Below, piece after piece: positions 20,001-31,700 of a DNA stretch of 64,000 nucleotides. The notes beneath the pieces were generated by a model. The model was given only the letters and a program-made list of their open reading frames with translations, made no database searches and was not told where the DNA came from. Source of the DNA: a virus. The stretch spans positions 32,001 through 96,000 of IMG/VR virus record IMGVR_UViG_3300013102_000030. One strand, written 5' to 3'. The translations under genes and the position numbers were made by a program. Numbering within the stretch: the stretch's first letter is position 1; each line of letters opens with the position of its first letter.

Positions 20001-22823
20001 ATTGCTGTTGCTGCCAGCATACAGGCTGGTGTTATGGCTGACAAGTTCAAGAACGCTGCTGAACGAATCGGTGGAAACATCTCAGCCGCGTTCCGTAACG
20101 CTGGTGCAGATCTCTCCAACGTAGCCTCCAACATGACAGCATCACTGGGCCGTGGGTTCTCCGGAATGGGAACGTTCGCGTCCAACGCTGCATCACAGGT
20201 CACCGACACCATGCGTCGTGCTGGCTCCGCTGTCGCTGAAAATTTCAAGCCTGCTGTCGAAGCGGTCAAGGGACACTTCTCCGGAATCGCCTCTGCGGTT
20301 CGAATCGCTGCTGCCCCTATTGCAGACCTTGGAAGGTCCGCTGGGACTGCTGCTGGCGCTGTAGGACAGCTAGCCGGTGCTACCGCAAAGTGGGCCGGTA
20401 GCGGCCTCCTGAGCGCTCTTGGTGGTGGCTGGGGTCTGGCAATTGCCGGAGCTACAGCCGCGATTACTGCCATTGCTGATGCACAGGCAAAGTCCAAGGC
20501 CCGTATCGATGCGTTCTCGGATTCTCTGGACAAGCAGACCGGTAAGATGACTGGTCTGACCAAGAGCCTGATGCTGAAGTCACTCTTTGACGGCAACACT
20601 GATGCTTGGGATGACTTTGTTCGTGGCTTCGTCCAGAGGTCAAAGTCTGTTACTGAGACTCTTAGTGACCTCAAGGTGGACACCAAGAAGTACTATGACA
20701 CCATGTCTGATCCCGGTGCCCGTGATAAGTACCTCAAGGGTATGGGAGAGGTTATCAATAACCTCAGGACCGGTAAGCAGACTTCCAAGGAGCTTGCCGA
20801 ATCCCTAGACATGAGTGCAGACGCGCTCACGGGTCTAAGCATCAAAGATGCTAACGGAATGGCTAACTCTCTTGAGCACGCGAAGACCAAGGCCGAAGAT
20901 ATGGCTAAGGAACTTCAGAGGGCTGAAGAGCAGACTAAGCTGGTAGCAAAGGTGACTGGAGTCAACTCTGCTGAAGCTGCTATTCTGTCCAAGAACTATG
21001 ACATCCTCGCAAGCTCTACCAGCAGTGTATCAGACAAGTTCAGTGCACTCAAGGAGAACATGCGTCTTGTCGGTTCCGATCAGGAGAAGGCAAACCTCGG
21101 ACAGAAGGGTTACCAGCAGTCTCTGCGCGACACCAAGAGCCGTATCGAAGACATCGTAAAGGCCAACGAAGGAATCCTCCTTCCAAGCCTCTTTGAGGTT
21201 GGTAAGGGCTTTGACTTCACCAAGCAGGCCGGTGCGGATCTGCACTCTGCTCTTGAGATTCAGGTTGACGGTATTCAGCAGCTTGGCGCTGAGGCTATCA
21301 ACAAGGCTCTTGCAGAAGGCAAGAAGGGTGAAGAGGTCCAGAGGGCCGCGCTGACTGCAATGCAGCCTGCCATCGACGCTCTGCGCCAGAACCTGAAGGA
21401 TCTCGGATTCAACCCCGAGCAGATTCAGGGGATCATCGACACCTTCAACTTGGTTCCTAAGGATATCAAGTCTTCTATCTCGGTGCAAGGTGCTGAAGAG
21501 GCCATGCGTCAGGTCGGTGCGCTCAAGATTGCTACTGACCTGTTCGTAAAGGGTGACTACGAAGCCACCCTGAAGGTTCTTCCGGATCAGGCTAAGGCTG
21601 CTATCGAGAAGGCCACAGGTATTGCCAACGGCTTCAAGGATGGCAAGTACGAAGCCATGCTGAAGGTGCTTGACTCTACTGAGGGTGGACGTACAGCCGC
21701 TCTTGCTAAGCTTATGACGGTGGTTGACGGAAAGTACGATGCTGAACTTACAGCATTGAACCTTACCGGACCAGAGGTTGAAGCTGCCAAGAAGGCCGGA
21801 GACGACTTCGGTAAGCAGACCTTCACTTCCAAGATGGACTCAGATAACGCTGCGTTCCTTGACGCTAAGAAGAAGGCTGATGAGGAAGGACGACTGTTCT
21901 CTGAGGTCACCTACTCCTCCAAGATGGCGGCAGATTACTCGCTGTTCACGCAAGCCAAGGGTGCAGCAGACGCAGCGGGTCAAGGATTCCAAGGAACGAC
22001 CTACACATCCAAAATGGACTCCGACACTGCTGCCTTTGAACGACAGAAGGCCATTGCCAACGCAGGCGGTAACGTCTTCGCGGGCACAAACTTCAAGTCA
22101 ACCATTGACGCGAACAATAGCCCCTTCATGGCTGTCCACAACAACGCAACCATCACAGGTACCACGTTCGGCCAGAAGACATTCAAGACCAACCTTGATG
22201 CAAATGATAATGCATCTAGGAAGATCGACAATGTTGATAGCAAGAAGATCGGTGACAAGTCCTTCAACATCTTTGCTTTCATTGATGACAACGTGAGGAA
22301 CATTGCCCGTGGTCTTGGAATCCAGCTTGCACATGGTGGTATCATTAATGGAGCAGGAGTTCAGACTTACGCTAACGGTGGCATCACGCTTCCTAAGGTG
22401 AATGCATACGCTGGCGGTGGATTTGAGAACCACGTAGCTCAGATCTCTCGCGGACAGACTCCGTTTAGAGTGTGGAGTGAGCCGGAGACCGGTGGCGAGG
22501 CATACATTCCTTTGGGCAAGATGAAGCGCCCCCGCTCGCTGAAGATTCTCGATGAGGTAGCCGATATGTTCGGATTCACTCTTGTCAAGAAGCTTTCGTT
22601 TGCTAGCGGTGGAATCATGAAGTCGGTTCAGCCTAACACATCTTCACCGTTCAGCGCAAGGGCTAAGTCTGAGGCATACGTCATGTCCGCACCAGCTACT
22701 CCTGCATCGGGAACGGCAACCATCGTAAACTACAACGTCCACCCGTCACAGGGACTCGATGAGAAGCAGATCGCAAAGGCTTCCATGGATGAACTGTACT
22801 GGAGACTTTCCACTAGTATTTAG
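17067..22823 (+). CDS. Tape measure protein
   Basis: 1918 aa, Ala/Gly-rich and helical; N-terminal IGSAYVDI; C-terminal EPETGGEAYIPL motif. Confidence 0.92.
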   Translation: MAIIGSAYVDIRALDRNLQRDIDDAMKKVKDPIIEIKAEVDLEPVRRKIAELRAELKKNPLKVAVEVDDSHVVDKLAEAHQLYEDNPLHSVATADTSQMHTALQAVRETYREMPSTVTANANTARAEAQLSVLSRRRRVSIIPDIEIPEDFQQAFRGIGYSIMGAIPADKVRASITGILANFESLLLTGAKVATMFGSIAASALTASANVLTVGADVTKVVGLLSVAPAVMSAFGVGVASMVMGWKDFAGALDEDPKKASKALAKLPKEAQAAALSLKGLGSELRKSSQAEFWKTMGTSIQDFMKPAFDRIKEGFQGSSRESAKFVTGALKSFQEFAEKGNLDVVFGNINKGLAAASGAAKPFFDALGTITLVGSKHLERYGTNLTNLATKFDAWATRVSQSGEMNTWITQAEANMKNLWSITTSAVDVFEGLSHAAAKAGGKSLADLNNGMKNFAGLINSEPFQTKLVTVLEGARAGTQALSEGFKDIKDVVSKGSVALSGFLHLAGQVGGKLSSNIAAMFDGTDLGAGIINAMAGARKAMEDMKPAFKDVGKIIGDIGDIAGVLFVNMAPGFVKLTSTLQQVIEALKDGIMDVIPVFNIFIQNILEVIAPIVVGVAKAVGGLLEGFAALPEVLRNVIMGFGLFLAVLKFLDRPLKNSVSPLQKMKDGITNLRDSLSQKWNTNPSLGAVRTAFSGLAGSASVAVGAVGNAFRQMAWMTQHTAAAIGEGFKKSFSQLGDQMKKLAAPAKEFASMMRAAMGEALFPQEVRDGFRQVGSKLMEVARIYTGYFTAAKDKIAAIGKSIASVFPASLLGPALKALPGEVAKTLAYAGQKVADGIANVAKTIAGPAVGYAMQKMKDVISTQALYASKHLESIGNGIGAAVNAIKAAPAAIASAVGSMAAKAGAAFNTIREGMAKAFNAGVLAAAVHPLTAPFVTMADAALTGAKTALGHVQNMAKNIGSAINTMTVPARAAFSSIAVAASIQAGVMADKFKNAAERIGGNISAAFRNAGADLSNVASNMTASLGRGFSGMGTFASNAASQVTDTMRRAGSAVAENFKPAVEAVKGHFSGIASAVRIAAAPIADLGRSAGTAAGAVGQLAGATAKWAGSGLLSALGGGWGLAIAGATAAITAIADAQAKSKARIDAFSDSLDKQTGKMTGLTKSLMLKSLFDGNTDAWDDFVRGFVQRSKSVTETLSDLKVDTKKYYDTMSDPGARDKYLKGMGEVINNLRTGKQTSKELAESLDMSADALTGLSIKDANGMANSLEHAKTKAEDMAKELQRAEEQTKLVAKVTGVNSAEAAILSKNYDILASSTSSVSDKFSALKENMRLVGSDQEKANLGQKGYQQSLRDTKSRIEDIVKANEGILLPSLFEVGKGFDFTKQAGADLHSALEIQVDGIQQLGAEAINKALAEGKKGEEVQRAALTAMQPAIDALRQNLKDLGFNPEQIQGIIDTFNLVPKDIKSSISVQGAEEAMRQVGALKIATDLFVKGDYEATLKVLPDQAKAAIEKATGIANGFKDGKYEAMLKVLDSTEGGRTAALAKLMTVVDGKYDAELTALNLTGPEVEAAKKAGDDFGKQTFTSKMDSDNAAFLDAKKKADEEGRLFSEVTYSSKMAADYSLFTQAKGAADAAGQGFQGTTYTSKMDSDTAAFERQKAIANAGGNVFAGTNFKSTIDANNSPFMAVHNNATITGTTFGQKTFKTNLDANDNASRKIDNVDSKKIGDKSFNIFAFIDDNVRNIARGLGIQLAHGGIINGAGVQTYANGGITLPKVNAYAGGGFENHVAQISRGQTPFRVWSEPETGGEAYIPLGKMKRPRSLKILDEVADMFGFTLVKKLSFASGGIMKSVQPNTSSPFSARAKSEAYVMSAPATPASGTATIVNYNVHPSQGLDEKQIAKASMDELYWRLSTSI

Positions 22824-22831
22824 GCTAAGCA

Positions 22832-23698
22832 ATGTATTTGAAAAATGACAGAATCGTAGTGACGCTCAATGATAAGCTGCTGTTCAAATCCTATAAATCA
22901 GCCGAGCAGGCTGGTCAATACATTCTAGACCCTACCGCTCTGACGGGATGGGACGACGGATCAGCTACCAGAAGGTCAGCTACCGCCCGTCCCGTCAGTA
23001 ACGGTGACTTTGTGGAACCTCACACCATTGCTGCCCGTCTGATTGCCATCTCAGGAACTGCGGTGGCAACCAGTCGCGGAGAGCTTCAGCGCATGAGGGA
23101 CAACCTCATGGGGATGTTCGGTGAAAGGGACTATGTCTCAATCAAGGTGGAGACGGGTGCGTCTACACGATATTCTACGGTAGGTCCCGAGAACACACCA
23201 TCATGGGTACAGCTAGGGGATACCTTCGCTGCCTTCAGAATGGAACTGTACGCCCCTAACCCCTTCATTTATGGAGAGGAGAGGAGGGCTACCCTTGGTG
23301 CGACAACAAGCGCTGGCGGTGGTCTGAAGTATACCTTGACATACCCTCTGAACTACAATCCTCTGGATGTTTCTGTCTACGCCCCGCAGATTGTCAACAA
23401 CGGAAACACTCCTTCGTGGCCCAAGTTTATTGTGACTGGTGACTACACTGCTGGATTCACAATCACCGATGGATGGGACAAGAAGGTCACATACACAGGT
23501 GCTGTTACTCGTAGCTCTCCGGTAGAGATCGATATGGAGCGAGGAGTCGCACTTCAGAACGGTAACGACCGATCCGTGTACCTCTCAGATCGCCAGTGGT
23601 TCTCCATTCCGGCACAGGATTCACTTCTCCCACAGTTCAAGCCCACACAGGCCGCTTCAGGCTGGTGTGATATAATTTATAGAGATACTTTTATCTAG
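22832..23698 (+). CDS. Distal tail (Dit-like) minor tail protein
   Basis: First gene after the tape measure; ELYAPNPFIYG and NNGNTPSWP motifs. Confidence 0.75.
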   Translation: MYLKNDRIVVTLNDKLLFKSYKSAEQAGQYILDPTALTGWDDGSATRRSATARPVSNGDFVEPHTIAARLIAISGTAVATSRGELQRMRDNLMGMFGERDYVSIKVETGASTRYSTVGPENTPSWVQLGDTFAAFRMELYAPNPFIYGEERRATLGATTSAGGGLKYTLTYPLNYNPLDVSVYAPQIVNNGNTPSWPKFIVTGDYTAGFTITDGWDKKVTYTGAVTRSSPVEIDMERGVALQNGNDRSVYLSDRQWFSIPAQDSLLPQFKPTQAASGWCDIIYRDTFI

Positions 23699-23716
23699 AA
23701 AAACGAGGAATGACAT

Positions 23717-24625
23717 ATGACTTCAGGTTGGGGCGTTGATGCCACACTAAACCAAAGCGGCGGTGTAACATCTGGAACTACATCCGCAGATGTTCGTAGA
23801 GTCTGGGGCGGACTCTACTCTAAAGGAGTTATCAGCGGACTGACAGTCACACGCAGCGCAAACTCCATGCAGTACACTGTATCATCCGGTGTCGCTGCTG
23901 TTCCTATGGCTACAGGTGAGATCGTCATGGTCCCTGTTGATCAGACCACTGTAACCGCTCAGTCTGCTCCCGCTTCAGGTAGCCGTCTTGACGTAATCTA
24001 CGTTCAGCAGAGGACTCCGGCAAACGGTGACTCCAACGTCCTTGTTGGTGTTCTTGCCTTCCCAAACAAGGACTCGGTCATTCTTCCCGCGAACTCTCTG
24101 GAGATCGACCGATACACTACATCTGCTGGACAGATCAGCACAAATGCGTCTGTCCGTTACGGCAACACTGCTTATTCTATCCCATACGGTGGTACTTTGG
24201 GAAATCTGCACTACTGGCAGAACAAGTACGATGGTGATCTCTCCAACAACCTGCTCCGTGAGGGGTACGGAACGTTCTGGCTTCCAACAGACCGCAGAGT
24301 CCGATTCCAGTACAGTGTAGTCCTGAGTGCACGAAATGCTGCTGGATTCGATCAGGGTAGGTACTGTGAGTACGGCTATCTCTTCAGGTCAGAAGAACTC
24401 GGTGGAGACTTCGTCCTACACACCACTCCGGGACTTCACCAAGCATGGTCAACCTATCAGTTCGAATCCACCACAATTCTCCCGCAGGGATGGAACACCG
24501 TCTCAATCGGTGGCCTGCGAATCGTTGGTCCGGGAACTGCATGGCAGCACTACGGAACTGATACACAAGGCTTTGGCCGTCGTGGTGGGGAATTCATGGT
24601 AGATGACCTTGGACCGGCTGAATAA
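23717..24625 (+). CDS. Minor tail protein
   Basis: 302 aa; YTVSSGVA..APASGSRLDVIYV pattern; synteny. Confidence 0.7.
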   Translation: MTSGWGVDATLNQSGGVTSGTTSADVRRVWGGLYSKGVISGLTVTRSANSMQYTVSSGVAAVPMATGEIVMVPVDQTTVTAQSAPASGSRLDVIYVQQRTPANGDSNVLVGVLAFPNKDSVILPANSLEIDRYTTSAGQISTNASVRYGNTAYSIPYGGTLGNLHYWQNKYDGDLSNNLLREGYGTFWLPTDRRVRFQYSVVLSARNAAGFDQGRYCEYGYLFRSEELGGDFVLHTTPGLHQAWSTYQFESTTILPQGWNTVSIGGLRIVGPGTAWQHYGTDTQGFGRRGGEFMVDDLGPAE

Positions 24626-25740
24626 TGTGGTCGGCCTATCTTTTCAAGATGACGACAGGCCAGATTGGACCAAGGCTCGCCTTTGAGTCCATGGACTGGT
24701 CCATTGAACTCAATGGAACCGAATCCATCAATATGAGGCTCCGAAAGAGTGAGCTTCCGGATTCTGACCTCAACTACTGGCTTTCCCCATGGTGGGCAGG
24801 AATCGTCCTCATGTGGGACGACAAACCAGTAGTTGGTGGTCCCATCCTAGCACGTCCCTCTGAAACTTTCGACTTTGTCACCATCTCGTGCGGAGGAATC
24901 CGATCCATCCTTGCCAAGCGGCAGATGTTCCCTGACTACAGGGAAAACTGGGATCAGATTTCGAAAGAGTATATCCATTTCTACAATGAATCCCTTGGAA
25001 GCATTGCCAGAAAGGTCGTCCGCATGGGCCTTCAGAGGCGCAGCGGCGGTCCACTTCCAATCAGCTACCCACAACCAGATGTGGTCGGAGGGCACGAAAG
25101 AACCTACCAAGGATTCAACGTTGCCAACACAAATATCGATGACGTTCTGACCAAGCTCTCCAACGTCATCGATGGACCTGATATAATGTTTAAACCAAGG
25201 ATTTTGCGTCCGGGGATGTTGACATTTGATATGTGGACCGGCACAGATGCGGAACCACGAATTGCTCAGAGGTTCACTCCGGTCTGGGATACTACCCCTG
25301 AAAAGGGATCAGTTTCGGATATGAACGTGATCACCACCGGAACCTACCAAACCAGCCGTGTTTACGCGATTGGTACAGGTCAGGATGAAGGGACGATGAT
25401 CAAGGTTGCTGAAGATTTCCGATACACCAGTCAGGATTATCCGATGCTTGAGACCTCCTTCAGTGACGGAGGAAGCAGCGAGAACCCAGATGTTGTCTGG
25501 AGTCACGCTAAAGCTAACCTAGACGCAAACATCGGTCCACTGAGAGAGATCCAGATGACTGTCCGTGGTGACACAGAGATTCCGTTTGGAGAGTTCTGGC
25601 CGGGAGATCTCGTAGAAGTAATTACAAAGGGATGGATCACCCTCCCTGATGGGAAGACTCAGATGAGACTTCTCAGCCTGACTGGGGATCACACAGCAAA
25701 CGTGAAGGTTAGCCTCCAAGAAGAGGCTAGATTCGCATAA
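24625..25740 (+). CDS. Minor tail protein (baseplate hub-like)
   Basis: 371 aa; LSNVIDGPD..F.PR and FWPGDLV motifs; coupled start. Confidence 0.7.
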   Translation: MWSAYLFKMTTGQIGPRLAFESMDWSIELNGTESINMRLRKSELPDSDLNYWLSPWWAGIVLMWDDKPVVGGPILARPSETFDFVTISCGGIRSILAKRQMFPDYRENWDQISKEYIHFYNESLGSIARKVVRMGLQRRSGGPLPISYPQPDVVGGHERTYQGFNVANTNIDDVLTKLSNVIDGPDIMFKPRILRPGMLTFDMWTGTDAEPRIAQRFTPVWDTTPEKGSVSDMNVITTGTYQTSRVYAIGTGQDEGTMIKVAEDFRYTSQDYPMLETSFSDGGSSENPDVVWSHAKANLDANIGPLREIQMTVRGDTEIPFGEFWPGDLVEVITKGWITLPDGKTQMRLLSLTGDHTANVKVSLQEEARFA

Positions 25741-25758
25741 ACGACACATGAGGCAGTA

Positions 25759-28700
25759 ATGGAAGTAAGACGCATTGGACCTGAGACGGGACTTGTCCGC
25801 GAACTCAAGGATCTCCGCAAGAGAATCCAAACACAAGAGACCCGCCCAGCGGGTAAGCAGGTCATCCGCGAGACGCTGACGACTGTAGATCCCGATACTG
25901 GGGTCAAGACCATCTTCGGTGAACTTCCTGATGGTTCCTTTGGCATCCAGCCATTTGTCTACGACATCACTCCTCCTCCTGTAGCCACGACTCCCATTGT
26001 GTCTGCAAAGCCGGGAGTCATTTCTGTGTCTTGGGATGGTCTCTTCGCCAATAACGGAGAGCTCCCCCGAGACTTCGAATGTGTGAACATCATCGGCCAC
26101 AAGATGAATGGTACCACAACTGTCTCCTCCAAGCCAGTCGGTACCATTCGTCGTCCCCTTGACTTCACCTACCTTCAGCAGGACGTTATCCCTGTCGGTG
26201 AGACATGGCAGTTCTCTCTTGAGGCTGAGGACTACAACGGAAACCTAGCACAGTGGAGCGCTAGAAGCGCCTCTGTGACCATGGAATCGGTTGTGTCGGA
26301 TGCTGGGGTCAATGCTGCTCTGGAAGCCCTTCAGGATGCCACAGACACCGCCCAGCAGGCCGCTGACACTGCTCAGGGTGCTGCAAATACTGCCCAGCAA
26401 GCCGCTGACGATGCTGCACAGGCTGCAAGTGACGCGGCTGGTATTGCTGCGTCCAAGTCCAAGGTACTTATCCAGTCAACTGCACCTGCTGCTGCCGACC
26501 AGAACGCCAACGTCCTGTGGATCGACACCACCAACGGAGGCAACACCCCTAAGCGCTGGAGCAACAACGCATGGGTAGTTGTCACTGACAAAGTTGCAAC
26601 GGATGCTGCTGCTGCGGCTGCTGCTGCCCAGTCCAAGGCTGACACTGCTTTCAACAATGCTGCTTCGGCTGCTCAGGCTGCTGGTAATGCACAGACAACT
26701 GCTGACGGCAAGAACTCTTCATACTACCTGCCATCTGCTCCTGCTGGAACTGGCTTCAAGGTTGGTGACCAGTGGTTCGACACTGCCAACAACTATAGAC
26801 TAAAGGTTTGGAGCGGAAGCGCATGGGTTACGGCTCAGGACGCATTCCTTGCTCAGCAGACCGCTGACTCCAAGTCACTTGTCTACACTCAGGCAACTGT
26901 TCCTCCGGTTTCGGCCCGTCTCGCTACCACTGTATGGTACGACACTTCTCTTGGCCTTGATAAGGTTGTTCAGAAGTACTGGGACAGCGCTTCAAGCTCT
27001 TGGAAGCCTCTTGCTGACAAGACTGCCACGGATGCCGCTGCCGTCGCTGACTCCAAGGGCGAGACCATCTACTCAGACACTGAGCCTGCTGCGGCCAAGC
27101 GCCTCCCACAGAACACATGGGTTGACACCACTGGCGGCATCAACATTGTCAAGCGCTGGGACGGAAACGCATGGGTTGTAGCTGCTGACTCCCGTATTGC
27201 CTCTACTGCTACTGCGGTAACCGCTGCCCAAAAGTCAGCCGATGACGCTGCTGCATCTGCCGCAGCCAAGAGCGTTGTCTACACTCAGTCGGTCACTCCC
27301 CCTGTCTCTGCACGTCTTCCTCAGACTGTCTGGAATGACACCAGCCTAGGTCTAAACAACGTTGTTGTCAAGTACTGGGACGGAAACGCTTGGACCGCAA
27401 TGGCGGACAAGGTTGCCACTGACGCTGCTGCTGTCGCTGCCGCAAAGACCAAGACCTACTTCCAGCCTAACCAGCCATCCAACACAGGCAACACCACAGG
27501 TGATCTCTGGTTTGATACAGATGACCTGAACAAGCCGTACGTATGGAACGGATCTGCATGGACTCTAGCACAGGATGCTACAGTCAACAAGTCCCTGTTC
27601 AGCACTTTTGCAACGGACATCGACAACACCAAGCCCAACAAGTGGATGTTCACTCGGTACAACAAGACCATGCCGAGCAACACCACTGTTCCGACGTACC
27701 TTGATATCGCTGGTCTCGCCGGAACATCTACACTTGTAGATGACGGAACCAACCTTGTCAACACCGTTGGTGACAACTACGTTGGGCAGCTTCGCACCAT
27801 TGTATACCTCTCTGCGGGTAAGACAATTGCCGTCACTGCTACACACGATGACGCTGCTCAGATCCTCGTGGACGGCACTACTGTCTACTCTAAGGGTGCA
27901 TACACTCAGAACTCCCCCATCAGCTTCACAATGTCCGCTGGATGGCACGTACTGGATCTTCTCTGGACTGAGATCACAGGTGGAGATGGTTGGTTCGCAA
28001 TCTCTCCAACCTTCTCATCTCAGGTCACCAACATGTATGCTCCGGTGGCCCTGTCATCCCTCTCTGCTGCGGTAACTGCTGCCCAGAGTTCAGCAGACAC
28101 AGCTATGGCCGCACAGTCCTACTCTCTGAACGCCAGCTTTGATGACTGGACAGCGACTTACCCAACCGGATACAATTTCTGGTCAGGTACAGCAGTCAAG
28201 GAAACTTCCATTGTCCGTCGTGCACCTTATGCACTTCGTTTCAACGTAGCAGATGCCACCGCCCAACACGGTGTATCTTTCAGCAGCATCCTTAGCCATG
28301 CTCCAAACCTTGAGTACTTCACAGTAGAGATTGACCTCTACCTTGTATCTGGTACTCTTGATGGATCAGGTATGATTCTTGACTGGTCTGGAGCCGGTGC
28401 ATCCAATAACCGTACCCAGATCAACTTTGTCAGTGCCATCACTTCCCCGGTTACCGGAAAGTGGTACAGGGTTCAGCAGGTGCTTCGCCGTCCTGCGAAC
28501 TTCACCGGTACATGGACAAACATGTCTGGATACCTCATGGGCCAGTGGTCAGGTCACGGTACTGGTGCTGCTAAGAACATCATCTTTGACTGGTTCAACA
28601 TCCGTCCGTCCTCCGTGGAAGAAATCCTTGCCTTCGGAGCACCAGCAGATGCACAGGCCAAGGCTACTGCCGCCCAGACTGCTGCTATTAGTGCTGCCGC

Positions 28701-31700
28701 AACAGATGCTACCAGCAAGGCGAACCAAGCCAAGGCTGATGCTATCGCCTCTGCCGCGTCTGATGCTACTGTAAAGTCCGACAACGCCAAGATCTCAGCG
28801 ATCAGCGTTGCTGCTACCGCCGCACAGGCTAAAGCGGATGCTGCTCAAGCTGCTGCTATCTCCGCTGCTGCCACTGACGCTACCAACAAGGCTAACACGG
28901 CTCAGCAAGCCGCAATTGACGCGTCTCAGGTAAAGATTGATCAGGTTTGGGCTGCTGCTCGATCCTACATCAACCCTGCCACAAGCACAACCGGTATTGT
29001 TGCCAAGCAGGGGCCTATCCCTAGTGTCGTGACCTCCGTCAGCGCCATGGGTGGCAAGGCTCTTCAGAAGAGCGGCGGAGTCAGCGGTTGGTGGGAAGAT
29101 ACTAACGGAAAGCAGGCATACGATCCTACAGCGGTCTACCGTTTCAGCACCCGAATTCGTGTCACGTCTCCGTCTGTATCTACCGCTGGTGGTGGATTCT
29201 ACTGGGGCCTCGTAGGTCTTGCAGATGACAAGACAACTTACGTCAACACATCGGGAGCCAACTCCTACAGCAGCCAGCAATGGGTAACGCAGAACGCTAA
29301 GCCTGCCACAACTGGTGACTGGGTTGATTACGTAGTCTACTACAAGGGTGTCTCTACAGGCAACCCAACCGGAGCCGGAACTGTTCTGGACCCTCGCACG
29401 GTTCAGGCAAATACCAAATACTTCATGCCCGGAATGATCCTAGACTACGCCAACGGTACTGGAACATGGGAAATCTCCCACTGGTCCGTTGATGTCATCG
29501 ATCAGGCTGGATACCAAGCTCTCGTAGACGCTGCCAAGGCAAAGACTGATGCCATTGCTGCCGCTGCTGCTGACGCTACAACAAAGGCTAACGCTGCCCA
29601 ACAAGCAGCAATCACTGCTGCTGCTACAGACGCTGCAAACAAGGCTTCAGCGGCCCAGCAAGCGGCCATTGATGCTGCTGCCGCTGACGCTGCTGCTAAG
29701 GCCGCACAAGCCCAGCAGGCGGCTATTGATGCTGCCGCTCTGGATGCACAGGCTAAGGCCGATGCTGCTGAGCAGGCTGCTATTGATGCTGCCGCCATTG
29801 AGGCTCAGCTAAAGGCTGACGGAGCCGAACAGGCTGCTATTGATGCTGCTGCAACTGATGCTGCTGCCAAGGCTGCTGCCGCGCAACAGGCCGCTATTGA
29901 TGCTGCTGCACTGGATGCAACTGCTAAGGCCACACAGGCTAAGACAGACGCGATCACGGCTGCTGCAACGGATGCTCAGACTCGCGCTACACAGGCTAAG
30001 GCTGATGCTATCTCTGCTGCGGCACTGGATGCAACTGCTAAGGCTGACGCGGCTCAGATGGCTGCTATTCAGGCGCAGGCTTACCAGCTAAACCCATCGT
30101 TTGAAGACTGGACCGGAACCATTCCGGCCAGCTACACAACATTCGTCACCAACCCGACAAAGGAAACCACAACTGTACGTACAGGCAAGTACGCTGTACG
30201 CTTCAACTGCACAGATACTACCACACAGCGAGGACTTCAGTTCAACGCTGCGCTGGCGCACGCCCCTTACTTTGAATACCTGACCGTAGAGCTTGATGTC
30301 CGTCTTGACTCAGGATCTTCCTTCGGCGGTGCCGGTGTCCTCGTAGACTGGGGAGGCATGACCGGTGGAAACCGTGCCACGATCTCTCTTGCCACGGAAA
30401 TCCCTGCACCTGTTGTCGGTAGATGGTACCGCATGGTCAAGGTCATCCGCAAGCCTGCTACGGCTACCGGTACCTTCACCAGCTACTCCGCATGGCTCAT
30501 GGGTCAGTACGGAACCGGTATGGGAACTCAGGCAGTCAAGAACGTCATCTTTGATTGGATCAACGTACGCCCTGCTACAACTGAAGAAATCACTGCTTAC
30601 GGAACCCCTGCAAGCATTCAGTCCCTATCCGATGTCGTCAGTACCAAGACCAAGTCTTGGTACCAGCCGGGTCAACCTCCGCTTACCGGAAACACAACTG
30701 GTGACCTGTGGTTTGACACTGATGACAACAACAAGGTCTATATCTGGAACGGCACTTGGGCTGTCGCTTCTGACCAACGTATCGAGTCCCTGAACACTTC
30801 TGTTTCTTCCATTCAGACAACTGCAAATGGCAAGAACAAGGTGATCTACTCCACCAGTGCTGCATCCGGAACAACCGGATACGTGGCTGGTGATACATGG
30901 TTCCAGCGTGACGCTTCCAACAATATCATTGGTCAATGGGAATTCACAACCTCATGGCAGGTCCGCAAGCTGGATGACGCTATGGTTGCGAACCTCAACG
31001 CTGCCAAGATCATTGCTGGTACACTGGATGCTCAGCGTATCGGTGCAAACAGTCTTTCTGCTGGTAAGCTCATGGTTTCGGATATGGAAGAGCTTATTCC
31101 TAACCCGTTCTTCCACCCTAACGGTGAGCCAGTTCAGGCTGCTGCCGGTACAGTCGTCTCAACTGCTTCCTCTGAGGTCTCTGCGGGTGCTCCTTACCCA
31201 TACGCTATCAAAATCTCAGCACGAGATAACCATCCGTTTGCTACGCCTAACATTGCTGTGCGCCCCGGTGATCAGTTCTACATGGAGGCGTGGGTTTGTG
31301 CAGCACCGACAACTACCCGTCAGTTCAATTTCTACATCTTCGGATCAAGTGTACCGGTTGGTAGCCTCTCTGCCAAGTTCGCTTCCGGACAGGCTGTAAC
31401 TGGAACATGGGTCAAGAAGACCTACTCCTTTACTGTACCACTGAACGCAACCTACACCTACATCAAGCCTGTCCTTCAGGTTGAGACTATTGGTGGAGAT
31501 ACTTCCGACAAGTGGGTTTGGTACGTCACCGGCTGGTCTATGCGTCGAAAGAACACCGGAGAGCTTATTGTTGACGGTGCTATCAAGGCCGGATCTGCTA
31601 TCATTGATAACCTCGCGGTTAGCAATGCCCAGATTGCTGACCTTGCCATCAGCACTGCCAAGATTCAGATCCTCGCGGTAAAGACTGCTCAGATTGATGA